From contig CAWJMB010000002.1 in NCBI GenBank assembly GCA_963843845.1, positions 608,001 through 672,000 of the forward strand: a stretch of DNA of 64,000 nt, in the 5' to 3' direction. The stretch comes from an uncultured Gemmatimonadaceae bacterium (GTDB lineage Bacteria > Gemmatimonadota > Gemmatimonadetes > Gemmatimonadales > Gemmatimonadaceae). The notes under the pieces are model-generated. The model searched no databases, had not been told where the DNA came from, and was given only the letters and a program-made list of their open reading frames with translations. The translations under genes and the position numbers were made by a program. Shown piece by piece: positions 28,964 through 40,457 of the stretch (its first letter is position 1; each line of letters starts with the position of its first letter).

Positions 28964-30194
28964 ATGAACGTCCTCATGATCGCCCCGGGCTACCCGGCCG
29001 AGATGCCGCACTTCGTTCGCGGGCTGTCGCGTGCGGGCGCGAAGGTGTACGGGCTCAGCGACGTGCCGGAGCGCGAGCTGCCGGAGTTGGCGCGGCGGCA
29101 TCTGAGCGGGTACCTGCAGACCGGCCTCGCTCGCGGACGAAGCGGCGGTCGTGCGGCAGGTGCAGGAGGCGACACGCGGCAACAACCGGATCGACCGCGT
29201 CATCTGCATGTGGGAGCCGGGCGTCGATCCTCGCCGCGAAGCTGCGCGAAGCGCTGGGCGTGCCCGGGATGCCGGTGCGCGCAGGCGGAGCTGTTCCGCG
29301 ACAAGGACCTCATGAAGCAGGCGGTCGGCGCAGGCCGGCATCCGCGTGCCGCGTCACGTGCGCGCGACGACGAACGACGAGGTGCGGGCCGCGGTCGAGC
29401 AGGTCGGCTACCCCGCGATCATCAAGCCGATCGCCGGCGCCGGGTCGATGGACACGTTCCGCGTCGACGACGAGCGGGAGCTCGCGACGGCGTTGTCGAA
29501 GCTCGGGCACATCGACGAGGTGAACGTCGAGGAGTTCATCGACGGCGAGGAGTACACCTACGACACGATCTGCGTCGACGGCGAGATCCAGTACTTCAAC
29601 ATCGGCTTCTACCGCCCGCGGCCGCTTGACGGCGCGGCAGGAACGAGTGGATCAGTCCGCAGACGTTGACGCTGCGCGACGTGACGGCGAGCGCGTCGCC
29701 GGCGGCGTGGCCATGGGCGCAGGCCGTGCTCGAGGCGCTGGACTTCCAGACCGGCTTCACGCACATGGAGTGGTACCTGAAGCCGGACGGCGAGGTCGTG
29801 TTCGGCGAGATCGCGGCGCGCCCGCCGGGCGCGCAGCACGGTCGACCTCATGAACTACGGCTCGCGACATCGACCTGCTTCACCGGCTACGGCGAGGCCG
29901 AGGTGTATGGGCACGTTGTCGCAGCCGATCGAGCGCAAGTACAACGTCGTGAACATCTTCAAGCGGGCGCAGGGGCAGGGGCGCATCCAGCGCATCGAGG
30001 GGCTCGACCGCATCCTGACCGACTTCGGCGACTCGATCGTCAACGTCGACCTGCTGCCGGTCGGCGCGCCGCGCCGCGACTGGATCCTCACGCTCCTCTC
30101 CGACGGCTACGTCACGCTCCGCCACCCGGATCTCGACACGGCGCAGCGCATGGCCGACGTCGTCGGCACGGACCTGCAGCTCTACGCCGGGTGA
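28964..30194 (+). CDS. ATP-grasp ligase 2 (paralog of ligase 1; several frameshifts)
   Basis: GAGG RBS; LFRDKDLMK, IIKPIAGAGS, EEFIDGEEY, HMEWY, EIAARPPG, IFKRAQGQG. Confidence 0.85.
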
Positions 30195-31084
30195 CGTCGT
30201 ACGCCGTGTCGCATCACGTGTCGCATGACGTGTCGCACGACGTGTCGCACGACGTGTCGCACGACGTGTCGCACGCCGCCCGTCCGTTCGCCCGCCGCCA
30301 GCGTGCCGACGTCCCGAAGCGCTGGCGGCGCACGCCGCCGGGCAGTCTCTACGTCTTTCACGACGTGTTCAGCCCGCAGCTGTTCAACACGCGCGACGTC
30401 TACGTCTACCTGCCCCCGTCGTACGGGCGCGGCGACCACCGCTTTCCGGTGCTCTACCTGCAGGACGGGCAGAATCTGTTCGATCCCGCGTGGAGCTTCG
30501 CCGGCTCGTGGCGCGTCGACCTCGCCATGACTGCCGCCGCGCGACTCGGCTTCGAGGCGATCGTGGTCGGGGTCGCGAACACGGAGGCGCGACTCGACGA
30601 GTACGGGCCGTTCCTGGAGCCCGAGTTGGGCGCGGGCGGCGTGGCGGACCTCTACCTCGATTTCCTGCTCGACACGGTGAAACCGCTCGTCGACGATCAG
30701 TTCCGCACGCTTCCCGAGCCGGAGCAGACCGGCGTCGGCGGGTCGTCGATGGGCGGCCTGCTCGCGCTCTACGCATTCTTCCGCGCGCCGCACGCGTTCG
30801 GCGTCGCCGCGGCGCTGAGCCCGGCGCTCTGGTTCGGGCAGCGGCAGATCTTCGATTTCGTGCGCCGCGCGTCGACGCCGCGCGGCGGGCGGCTCTACCT
30901 CGACATCGGCACGCGCGAGCCGGGGCGCGCGCTCTCCGACGCACGGCGGATGCACGAAGTGCTGCTCGCGAAGGGGTACGTGGAGGGCGACGATCTGCGC
31001 TACGTCGAGGAGCCCGCGCAGCACCGCGAATCGGCGTGGCGGCGGCGGTTCAAGAAAGCAGTGCCCTACTTACTGTCGGCCTGA
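30191..31084 (+). CDS. Alpha/beta-hydrolase (esterase) with N-terminal SHDV repeats
   Basis: GTGA overlap; VYLPPSY, VLYLQDGQNLFD, GSSMGG nucleophile elbow, QHRESAW. Confidence 0.88.
   Translation: MTSYAVSHHVSHDVSHDVSHDVSHDVSHAARPFARRQRADVPKRWRRTPPGSLYVFHDVFSPQLFNTRDVYVYLPPSYGRGDHRFPVLYLQDGQNLFDPAWSFAGSWRVDLAMTAAARLGFEAIVVGVANTEARLDEYGPFLEPELGAGGVADLYLDFLLDTVKPLVDDQFRTLPEPEQTGVGGSSMGGLLALYAFFRAPHAFGVAAALSPALWFGQRQIFDFVRRASTPRGGRLYLDIGTREPGRALSDARRMHEVLLAKGYVEGDDLRYVEEPAQHRESAWRRRFKKAVPYLLSA
30206..30277 (+). repeat. 12-bp tandem repeat x6 (VSHD)
   Basis: gtgtcgcatcac-gtgtcgcatgac-(gtgtcgcacgac)x3-gtgtcgcacgcc. Confidence 0.9.
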
Positions 31085-31112
31085 CACGAAACACGGAACG
31101 GGTGAATCTCGC

Positions 31113-31829
31113 ATGCACCACGAACACCACCGCTGGCACAGCCCGTCGCTGAACCGCGACATGGAGCTCCAGGTCTTCGGCCACGCGGGCGCGAAGCTGC
31201 TGGTCTTCCCGACGTCGTTAGGCACGCACCGCGAGTGGCCGGACCGGCGCATGCACCTCGTGCTCCGCGACCACATCGAGAACGGGTGGGTGCAGCTGTA
31301 CACGCTCGACCAGGTGCACGACGAGAGCTGGTACGACCGGAACCGGCACCCCGGCGCGCGCGCCTGGCGGCAGCTGCAGTACGACGAGTACGTCTACCGC
31401 GAGGTCGTCCCGCTGACCTACGCGAAGAACCCGACCGACTTCATCGTCGCCGCCGGCGCGAGCTTCGGCGCCTACCACGCGATGACGTTCGGGCTGCGTC
31501 ACCCCGACGTCGTGCGCCGCATCATCGGGATGAGCGGGCGCTACGACATCACGAACATGACCGAGGGCTACGTCGACGGGAACGTGCACAGCGTGAACCC
31601 GCCGGCGTTCGTGCAGCACGCGACGGAGGCGCAGGTCGCGGCGTGGCGGCGGCAGGACATCGTGATGGCGATCGGCGACGGCGACCCGGCGCTCGGCGAC
31701 AACCGCGCGTTCTCGGGGATTCTGTGGGGGCGCGGTGTCGGGAACGCGCTTCGCGAGTGGCAGGGCTTCGCGCACGACTGGCCCTGGTGGGAGCGCATGA
31801 TTCGCCTCTACCTTCGTGGACATGACTAA
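31113..31829 (+). CDS. Alpha/beta-hydrolase (esterase-like), second copy
   Basis: WHSPSLNRDMEL.VFGHAG, LVFPTS, GASFGA, AHDWPWW. Confidence 0.88.
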   Translation: MHHEHHRWHSPSLNRDMELQVFGHAGAKLLVFPTSLGTHREWPDRRMHLVLRDHIENGWVQLYTLDQVHDESWYDRNRHPGARAWRQLQYDEYVYREVVPLTYAKNPTDFIVAAGASFGAYHAMTFGLRHPDVVRRIIGMSGRYDITNMTEGYVDGNVHSVNPPAFVQHATEAQVAAWRRQDIVMAIGDGDPALGDNRAFSGILWGRGVGNALREWQGFAHDWPWWERMIRLYLRGHD

Positions 31830-33054
31830 GAAGAAAGACAGGGCCGAGACGCCGACCGCCGGCGACAAGCCGGCGAAGGCCGAGAAGGGCGCGAAAGGCG
31901 GCCTCCGCGCCAAGAAGGGGATGCCGACCGACGCGGCGCTCGCGCCGCGGCCGACGCTCCCCCCCCCGCCGCGCCCGAAGTCGTGCCTCCGGACGACCGA
32001 CCCGCGCGCATGGCGCCGCGCACGGGCACCGGCGACGCCGTGGCCGCCGTCGCGGTCGACGCGTCGCTCGCCGTGCAGCCTGCGCCGCTCGCGCCGGCGG
32101 TCGTGCGTCGCGAGGGCCCGGCACGCGTCGGGCTGTTCGTCGGGCGCGAGTGGTCGTGGCCGCCGGCGTTCATCGAGGCGGTCAACAGCCGCGACGCCGG
32201 CGTCGTCGCCGAGTTCGCGAAGATCGGCGGCGCCGCACTTCGACGGTCCGTGTCCGTACGACGTGCTGCATCGACCGCATCTCGCACGAGGTGCCGATGT
32301 ACCGCTCGTACCTCAAGCAGGCGGCGCTCGCAGGGCGCGACGGTCGTCAACAATCCCTTCATGTGGACGCGCCGACGACAAGTTCTTCGGCGCCGCGCTC
32401 GCCCACGAAGCTCGGCGTCGCGAGCCCGAAGACGGTCGTGCTGCCGAACCGGGAGTACGTCCCCGGCATCGTGCCCGTCGGAGAGCCTGCGCAACCTCGA
32501 GTACCCGCTCGACTGGCAGGGGATCGCCGACTACGTCGGGCTGCCGTGCATCCTCAAGGACGCGCACGGCGGCGGGTGGAAGGAGGTCTACATCTGCCAC
32601 ACGCTCGAGGAGCTGATCCACAACTACAACACGACCGGGCTCCTCACGATGATCGTGCAGGAGTTCATCGAGTGGGAGCACTTCGTGCGCTGCCTCGTCA
32701 TCGGACGCACCGAGGTGCTGCCGATGAAGTACGACCCGAAGGCGCGGAAGTACATCGTCGAGCACGCCCACCTCTCGCCGGAGCTCGGCGCCCGCATCGT
32801 GCACGACGCGCGCAAGCTGTGCAACGCGCTCGGCTACGACATGAACTCGATGGAGTTCGCGATCCGGGACGGCGTGCCCTACGCGATCGACTTCATGAAC
32901 TCCGGCGCCGGACATGGACATCAACTCGCTCACGCCGGAGTACTTCCGCTGGGTGGTCGACAAGATGGCCGACCTCGCGATCCGCCTCGCCACGCAGCCG
33001 CGCTCGGTGCCGCGCGAGGTCGGGTGGGCGTCGCTCTTCGCTGCCGGTCGATAG
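31822..33054 (+). CDS. ATP-grasp ligase 3 (RimK/glutathione-synthetase-like; frameshifted)
   Basis: VGREWSWPPAFI, DRISHEVP, NNPF..DDKFF, LKDAHGGGWKEV, EFAIRDGVPYAIDFMN. Confidence 0.85.
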
Positions 33055-34482
33055 TGACCGGTCATCCTGAGCGCGGCGGCGGACCGGTCGCCGCCTACCA
33101 CGAGCTGCTCGCGGGGAGCGCGGGCGAGCAGCTCGCGGCCGACACGCAGGGCGCGCTCGACGGGCAACTCCTGCGGCGCGGCCTCGTGTTCGGCGACCGC
33201 AAGCTGTGCACGGTGCTCCGCCCGCGACTGTACCGCCCCGAGGAGTTCCGGCGCCTCACGACGCGCGTCACGCCGCTCATGCGCGCGTTCGGGCAGGCGT
33301 TCGGCGCCGCGATGCGCGAGCCGGGCGTGCTCGCGCAGTTCCGCCTCGCCGAGTGGGAGCACGCGCTGCTCGACACGTATGCCGGCTTCGGGAGCCCCAG
33401 CCCGACGTCGCGGCTCGACCTGTTCGTGATCGATCCCTCGCCTGACGGCTCGGGCGCACGCCTCGGCGGTGCCGCGCCGAGCGAGGGATCGATGGCGCTC
33501 ACCGAATACAACGGCGAGGTGCCCGCCGGGGCCGCCTACGCCGACGCGCTGGCCGAGGCGTTCATGGACGTGCCGGCGATGCGCGAGTTCGCGCGCACGT
33601 GGCGCGTGTGGCCGATCCTGTCGCACCACGGCGTCGTGCACGTGCTGCTCGACGCGTGGCGTCAGTTCTCCGGCACGCGCACGAAGCCGCGCATCGCGAT
33701 CCTCGACTGGCGCGACGTGCCGACGTACGCCGAGTTCGTGCTCTACCGCGACCACTTCACGCGCGCTCGGCATCGAGAGCGTCATCGCCGACCCGCGCGA
33801 CAGCCGAGTACCGCGACGGCAAGCTGTGGTGCGACGGCATGCCGGTCGACCTCATCTACAAGCGCGTGCTGCTGCACGAGCTGGTGCAGGAGCATGGGGC
33901 TCGACAACCCGGTGCTGCGCGCCGTGCGCGAGCGGGCGGTGTGCATGGTGAACTCGCCGCGCTCGAAGATCCTGCACAAGAAGGCGAGTCTCGCCGTGCT
34001 GAGCGACGAGCGCAACGCGTCGTTCTACGACGCCGAGTCGCAGCGCGCGATCGACGCGTTCGTGCCGTGGACGCGCGTCGTCGAGGAGCGGCGCACGACG
34101 CACGGCGGGCGCGACGTCGACCTGATCGAGCCGTGCGAGCCGCATCGCGAGCGGCTCGTGCTGAAGCCGAACGACGACTACGGCGGCGCCGGCATCGTCC
34201 TCGGCTGGACGGTGACGATGGCGAGTGGGACGCGGCGGTGGCGAAGGCGCTCGCGCAGCCGTACATCGTGCAGGAGCGCGTGCCGATTCCGTCGGAGCCG
34301 TACCCGAGCCTGGTCGACGGCACCGTCCAGGTCATCGACCGGATGATCGACACCGCGCCGTTCGTCGTCGAACGGCGACGCATGCCGACGGGCTGCTCAC
34401 GCGGCTGTCGACCGCCGAGCTGCTGAACGTGACCGCCGGCGGCGGGTCGCAGGTGCCCGGCTTCGTCGTCGAGCCGCGGTAG
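33054..34482 (+). CDS. Circularly permuted ATP-grasp ligase (frameshifted)
   Basis: [58 protein letters not shown]. Confidence 0.82.
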
Positions 34483-34523
34483 AACACGCCACCGATCGTC
34501 GCACGCTCTCCGGAGAGGTCCGC

Positions 34524-35877
34524 ATGAAAGCCCCGTCGCTCACGTTAGGCGTCGAAGAAGAGTACCAGATCATCAACCCCGTGACGCGCGACCTGCAGAG
34601 CCACATCAGCCGGCTCATCGGGCGCGACATCCCCGGGGTCGGCGAGCTGAAGCCCGAGCTGCACCAGTCGATCATCGAAGTCGCGACCGGTGTCTGCCAG
34701 ACGCCGGCCGAGGTGCGCGCGGAGCTCGTGCGGCTGCGCGGCGGCGTGATGGACGCGCTGCGCGACGACCAGCCTCACGATCGCCGCCGCGGGCGCGCAC
34801 CCGTTCGCGAACTGGATGGAGCAGGAGATCACGCCGCTCGAGCACTACATCGGCGTGCGGCGCGACATGGGCGACCTCGCGCAGCGGCTGCTCATCTTCG
34901 GCATGCACGTGCACGTCGCGATCGAGGACCAGGAGTTCCTGATCGACGCGATGAACGTGTCGCGCTACCTGCTGCCGCACATCCTCGCGCTGACCACCAG
35001 CTCGCCGTTCTGGATCGGACGCGACACGGGGCTCAAGTCGTACCGCAGCGCCGTGTTCCGCGGCTTCCCGCGCACCGGCATCCCGGCCCGCATGACGGGG
35101 TGGGGCGAGTACCAGCAGTACGTCGACACGATGGTGACGACCGGCTCGCATCCCGCACGGCGGCAAGATCTGGTGGGACGTGCGGCCGCACCACAAGTTC
35201 CCGACGCTCGAGTTCCGCATCTGCGACATCTGCACGCGCGTCGACGAGGCGGTGTGCATCGCCGCGATCATCCAGGCGATGGTGTTCAAGCTGTGGAAGA
35301 TGCGGCGCGACAACGTCACCTTCCGCAACTACGCGTCGCCGCTCATCGAGGAGAACAAGTGGCGCGCGATGCGCTTCGGCCTCGAAGGCAAGCTCATCGA
35401 CTTCGGCAAGGAGCGCGAGCTGCCGGCCGCGGAGCTGATCCGCGAGATGATCGAGTGGTTCCTCGACGACGTCGTCGACGAGCTGGGCACGCGCAAGGAG
35501 AGTCGAGTACGCGTACACGATCCTCGAGGACGGCTCGAGCGCCGACCGCCAGCTCGCGACCTACCGCGCGCACGGGCGACCTCCGCGCCGTCGTCGACCA
35601 GCTCGTCGTCGAGACGGCGGAAGGGGTCCGCGAGCCGCTCACGGCAGAGCTCGTGAACCGACGCCAGGAGACGATGCAGGCCGACGGCGTCGGGCCCGAC
35701 GCGCTGACGGCCGCGCGCGAGCGCGTCACCGTGTCGCAGAGCGCGAGCGGCGGGCGCGACGGCGTTCACCCGCCGCCGAGCGAGATCGACGGCTCGCTCG
35801 ACCTGCGGATCAGCAGGGGGCGGCGCGGCACCGACGTCGACAACACGCTCAGCACGGGCAGCGCGCCGGCGCTCTGA
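34524..35877 (+). CDS. Glutamate--cysteine ligase 2 / YbdK-type carboxylate-amine ligase (frameshifted)
   Basis: [53 protein letters not shown]. Confidence 0.9.
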
Positions 35878-35959
35878 GGGCGGGCCGGGCGGGAGCGTGG
35901 TGCGCTTCCCGCCCGTGCGGGGTATTCTTTTCTCTCTCCCTCCTGAAGGACACGACGGT

Positions 35960-36735
35960 ATGACGCACAGCTCGCGCGGGCCTCGCTCGCGGCGCCCGGT
36001 CATCGGGGTCACCACGCAGACGCTGCACGCGATCCACGGCATCCCCGAGGCGCTGCCGCAGAGCTGGGTGATGAATCAGCGCTACTTCTGCGTACGGTCA
36101 TGGACGCCGGCGGGGTGCCGCTGATGATCCCGCTCGTTCCCGAGGACCTCGACACGCTGCGCGCGATCTACGAGCAGCTCGACGGCCTTCTGATCCCCGG
36201 CGGCGTCGACATGGACCCGGCCACGTACGGCGAGGATCTGTCGCCGCTCTGCGGCACGCTCGACCCGGCGCGCGACGCGACCGAGCTGCAGCTCACGCGC
36301 TGGGCCGCCGCCGACGGACTCCCCGTCCTCGGCCTCTGCCGCGGCGCCCAGGTCATCAACGTCGCCGCCGGCGGCACGCTCTACCAGGACATCGCCGCCG
36401 AGCTGCCGAACGCGGGGCCGCACGACTGCTATCCGACGAAAGGGTTCGCCCGCACCCACCTCGCCCACCCGATCGACATCACCCCCGGCACGCGGTTGTA
36501 CGACGCGTTCGGCGGGTCGACGGCGCCGGTCAACAGCATGCACCACCAGTCGGTGAAGCGGCTCGGCGACGGGCTCGTGATCTCGGCCGTGGCGCCCGAC
36601 GGCGTCGTCGAGGCGGTCGAGGGAACGGGGGACAGCTACCTCGTCGGCGTGCAGTGGCACCCCGAGGTGTTCGACCGGAACGGGCCGGCGGTCGAGCGGC
36701 TGTTCGACGAGTTCATCGCGGTGGCCGCTGCCTGA
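35960..36735 (+). CDS. Peptidase C26 / gamma-glutamyl-GABA hydrolase family (frameshift near 36090)
   Basis: RPVIGVT, PGGVD, GLCRGAQ, VNSMHHQ, GVQWHPE. Confidence 0.9.
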
Positions 36736-36743
36736 CGCCCGAC

Positions 36744-36973
36744 GCTCGCTGACGGCGCTGGCGGTACGGCGGGGACGGTAGGCGGTTTCGATACCCGTGA
36801 CCGCGCTGGCGGTGAAGCGCTGGCGGTGAGGCGCCGTCGATACGGCGGGGGATTCGGAAGTGGGTGAACGGCATGACCTGGCGCCTCGGAGCTGAGGGCC
36901 AGGTCATGGTCGTATCCGCATCCCACGCCCCCCCGGCAGCGCCGTATCGCCAGCGCCGTCGATCAGCCCGAGC
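36744..36973. other. Nested long-hairpin element (MITE-like or structured RNA)
   Basis: Outer 21-bp arms 36751-36771 / 36940-36960 (20 of 21, G-U compatible); inner catgacctggc / gccaggtcatg stem. Confidence 0.55.
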
Positions 36974-36984
36974 AACTCGCAGAA

Positions 36985-37695
36985 TCAGCGGTGCGCGGTG
37001 ACCCCGACCTGGCGACACATGTCGAGCAGCGGACAGCTCGAGCACTTCGGAAGCCGCCCGGTGCAGACATGTTTGCCGAACGGCACGAGCAGCCGGTTGA
37101 TCTCGACCCAGTAACGCTTCGGGAGCACCGCCTCGAGCGCGTGCATCGTGTCGACCGGCTCTCTCGCCGACACCACACCCCAGCGGTTGACGACGCGGTG
37201 CACGTGGACGTCGACGCCGATGCGCGGCTGCCCGCAGGCGATGCCTAACGCGAGGTTCGCGCACTTCGGCCCGACGCCGCGGAACGACGTCAGCACGTCG
37301 ACGTCGCACGGCAGCGTGCCGCCGAACTCCCCGGCCGTGCGCTGCGCGATCGCCCGAATCGTCTCCGCCTTGCCGCGATGAAACGTCGACGCGGCGATGA
37401 TCGCGTCGAGCTCGTCGGCCGAGAGCGCGGCGACGTCGGCGGCACTCGGCGCACGCGCGAACAGATCGAGCGCGATCGGCAGCATCGTCTCGTCGCGCGT
37501 GCGGATCGAGATCACGCAGGCGACGAGCTGCTCGAACAGCGACCGGTGCCCGCGCTCCGCGAGGTCGAACATCGCCGCGTCGGCGACGCCTGACGACTTG
37601 AGCATGCGCCGCAGCCGCGAGAACGCGACGCTGAAATCGAACGGCCGCGCGTCGGACGACGGCTCGGCGGGGGCCGCGCGAGGGCGGAGTGGCAT
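36985..37695 (-). CDS. nth: Endonuclease III-like HhH-GPD DNA glycosylase with 4Fe-4S motif
   Basis: FRGVGPKCANL, VDVHVHRV, C-x6-C-x2-C-x5-C (CTGRLPKCSSCPLLDMC). Confidence 0.88.
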   Translation of the reverse strand: MPLRPRAAPAEPSSDARPFDFSVAFSRLRRMLKSSGVADAAMFDLAERGHRSLFEQLVACVISIRTRDETMLPIALDLFARAPSAADVAALSADELDAIIAASTFHRGKAETIRAIAQRTAGEFGGTLPCDVDVLTSFRGVGPKCANLALGIACGQPRIGVDVHVHRVVNRWGVVSAREPVDTMHALEAVLPKRYWVEINRLLVPFGKHVCTGRLPKCSSCPLLDMCRQVGVTAHR

Positions 37696-37758
37696 GCGGA
37701 GCGCCGTGGCAGGAAACACGCCCGTGCCGGCGGCGCCGCACGCCACTCTCCGCGCGGC

Positions 37759-40446
37759 TCAGTCGCTCAGGATCACCCTCGGCGCCACGCGCAGCGCCCG
37801 GCGCGCCGGCACCACCGCCGCCGCGAGCCCCGCGACGCAGAGCACGGTCGCCGCCCCGGCGAGCGACGCCGGGTCGGTGAGGCTCACCCCGAACACCGCC
37901 GCCCGCAGCAGCCGCGTGACGACGAGCGCCCCTGCGACGCCGAGCGCGACGCCGAGGAGAATCGGGCGCGCGCTCTGCCACGTGAGCAGCCGCACGACGT
38001 CGCCGCCGGTCGCGCCTAACGCGAGCCGCACGCCGATCTCCTGGGTTCGTTGCGTGACGAAGTACGCGACGACGCCGTAGATGCCGCCCATCGCGAGCGC
38101 GAGTCCGGTGAGACCGAGGATGCCCAACAGCAGCGTGTTGAAGCGCGCCTCCGCCGTCGAGTCGCGGAGCTGGTCGCGCAACGGGGCGACGCCGTAGACC
38201 GGGGCGTCGCGCTCCGTCTCCCGCGCCGCGGCGCGGATCGCCGCCGTCACCCCAGCGATCCCGGCCGGCGTGTCGTCCCCCCGCGCCACCACGGTCATCG
38301 TGCGCGACACCCAATCCCACGCCTCGGCCGGCGCCTGGTCGAGCGGGATGTAGAACTCGGGGCCGACCTCCACCGCCGGCCCGCTCGAGCGCACGTCGGC
38401 GGCGACGCCGATGACCGTCTTCCATCTCGGATCGTCGAGCCCGCCCTCGCAGCAGCCGACGCGCTTGCCGATCGGGTCCTCGTTCGGCCACGCGCGCTTC
38501 GCCAGCGTCTCGCTGACGATCATGACGCGCGGCGCGCCGGCGACGTCCTGCGTCGTGAAATCGCGCCCGCGCACGAGCGGAATGCGCATCGTCGCGAGGT
38601 AGCCGGGCACGGTCAGGCGCAGCGACGACTGCACGAGGTTCTTCGGGTCGAGCGCGCGTCCTTCGGGGAGCAGTCCGTTGGACCCTCCGCCGCCGAACGG
38701 CGCCGAGGACACGACGGACGCGGCCCGCACGCCGGGCGTCGCGGCGAGACGGTCGTGCATCGCGTGCAGCGCCTGCGCGATGCGCGCCGGGTCGGCGTAC
38801 GCGTCGGCCGGCAGTACGACGCGCGCCGTGACGACCCCCGCCGGATCGAAGCCTGGCGGCACGCGCTGCAGGTACAGCGCGCTGCGCACGAGGAGCGCCG
38901 CCCCGGCGAGCAGCGTGCAGGCGAGCGCGACTTCGGCGACGACGAGGGCCTGCCGCACGTGGTCGCGCACACCGCCGGCGCCGCGCCCCCCTTCGCGCAG
39001 CGTGCCCTGCACGTTCGGTCGCGCCGCGCGCAGCGACGGCGCGAGGCCGAACACGACACTGCTGGCGAGTGCGACGCCGACGGCGAACGCGAGTACGACG
39101 ACGTCGACGCGCGTCTCGCCGAGCCGCGGAATTCCCGCTGGCGCCGCCGCGACGAGCACGCGGATGCCGCCATACGCGAGTGCCAGCCCCACCGCCGCCG
39201 CCGCGAGGCCGAGCACGACGCTCTCGGTCAGGAGCTGGCGCACGATGCGTCCACGGCGCGCGCCCAACGCCGCGCGCACGGCGAGCTCTTTCGCGCGTGC
39301 GGCGCCGCGCGCCAGCAGCAGGTTCGCGACGTTGCCGCACGCGATGAGCAACACGAAGGCGACGGCGCCGAGCGTGACGTACAGCCGCTCGCGGTAGTCG
39401 CCGACGAGACGCTCGCCGAGCGGCTGCACGGCGACGGTCATGTTCGCGGTGTTCGCCGTCGGGTAGCGACGGTTCAACTCGCGCTGCAGCGCCGCGAGCT
39501 CGCCGGCGGCCACGGCCGCGCTCGTGCCGGGCTCGAGCAGGCCGACCGCGACGTTGTGGTGCTCGTCGTGCTGGGCCTTTCGCGCCGGCGTCCACGCCAT
39601 CGGTACCCAGAGCTGCTCGCCGGAGAGCGTCGGGTCGAAGCCGGCCGGCATCACGCCGACGACCGTGTAGGACGCCCGCCGAGCCGGATCTCGCGCCCGA
39701 CGACGCGCGGGTCGGCGCCGAAGCGCGTGCGCCAGAGCGATGTCCGAGAGCACGACGACGTGCTCGCGCCCGGCGCGTCTTCCTCGGGCGGAACGTGCGG
39801 CCGAGCGCGGGGCGCACGCCGAACACGTCGAAGAAGTCGGCGCGTGACGCGCGCGCCCGAGATGCGGTCGGGCGTGCCGTCGTCGACGAGCGCGAAGCTC
39901 GCGAGTCGCTGCGCCGCGAGCCGCTCGAACGCATGCTGGCTCGCGCGCCAGTCGGTGAAGTTGCCGTCGGAGACGTTGCCGTCCTCGGCGCCACGGCGCT
40001 CGGCGATCTGCATCGACCCGCTCGGGGTGCGCGAACGGGAACGGGCGCAGCACCACGCTCTGCACGGCGCTGAAGATGGCGGTCGTCGCGCCGATGCCTA
40101 ACGCGAGCGTGAGCACGGCGATCGTCGTGAACCCCGGGGCGCGCCGGAGCGAGCGCACCGCGTAGCCCGCGTCCTGCCGCAGCTCGCCGAGCCACTCGCG
40201 GCGGTCGCGCTCGCGGTCGCGCGCCGTGCCTAACGTCGCGCACTCGGCGGAGACGGCGGCGAGGTCGCCGAAGGCGCGCAGCGCTTCGGCGCGCGCGGCG
40301 TCGGGCGTGCGGCCGGCCGCGATCAGCTCGCGCGTCCGCATCTCGACGTGGAAGGCCAGCTCCTCACGCACGTCGACGGCGGCGGGGCGGCGCCAGAACA
40401 TGAAGGCGCGGCGCGCCGAGCGCTCGGGGTCCGGTGACTGAGCCAT
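37759..40446 (-). CDS. ADOP-type duplicated ABC permease (compensating frameshifts 39680-40020)
   Basis: [63 protein letters not shown]. Confidence 0.9.
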   Translation of the reverse strand: MAQSPDPERSARRAFMFWRRPAAVDVREELAFHVEMRTRELIAAGRTPDAARAEALRAFGDLAAVSAECATLGTARDRERDRREWLGELRQDAGYAVRSLRRAPGFTTIAVLTLALGIGATTAIFSAVQSVVLRPFPFAHPERVDADRRAPWRRGRQRLRRQLHRLAREPACVRAARGAATRELRARRRRHARPHLGRARHAPTSSTCSACAPRSAARSARGRRAGREHVVVLSDIALAHALRRRPARRRARDPARRASYTVVGVMPAGFDPTLSGEQLWVPMAWTPARKAQHDEHHNVAVGLLEPGTSAAVAAGELAALQRELNRRYPTANTANMTVAVQPLGERLVGDYRERLYVTLGAVAFVLLIACGNVANLLLARGAARAKELAVRAALGARRGRIVRQLLTESVVLGLAAAAVGLALAYGGIRVLVAAAPAGIPRLGETRVDVVVLAFAVGVALASSVVFGLAPSLRAARPNVQGTLREGGRGAGGVRDHVRQALVVAEVALACTLLAGAALLVRSALYLQRVPPGFDPAGVVTARVVLPADAYADPARIAQALHAMHDRLAATPGVRAASVVSSAPFGGGGSNGLLPEGRALDPKNLVQSSLRLTVPGYLATMRIPLVRGRDFTTQDVAGAPRVMIVSETLAKRAWPNEDPIGKRVGCCEGGLDDPRWKTVIGVAADVRSSGPAVEVGPEFYIPLDQAPAEAWDWVSRTMTVVARGDDTPAGIAGVTAAIRAAARETERDAPVYGVAPLRDQLRDSTAEARFNTLLLGILGLTGLALAMGGIYGVVAYFVTQRTQEIGVRLALGATGGDVVRLLTWQSARPILLGVALGVAGALVVTRLLRAAVFGVSLTDPASLAGAATVLCVAGLAAAVVPARRALRVAPRVILSD

Positions 40447-40457
40447 GGCGCGTCGCC

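Noticed and set aside
30206..30277. Tandem repeats here and at 22664 and 51674 as a CRISPR array
   Set aside because: Units are 10-15 bp with no spacers and no cas genes.
36785..36900. TPP riboswitch-like words (atacccg, gctgag)
   Set aside because: Wrong order, and located between convergent 3' ends rather than in a leader.
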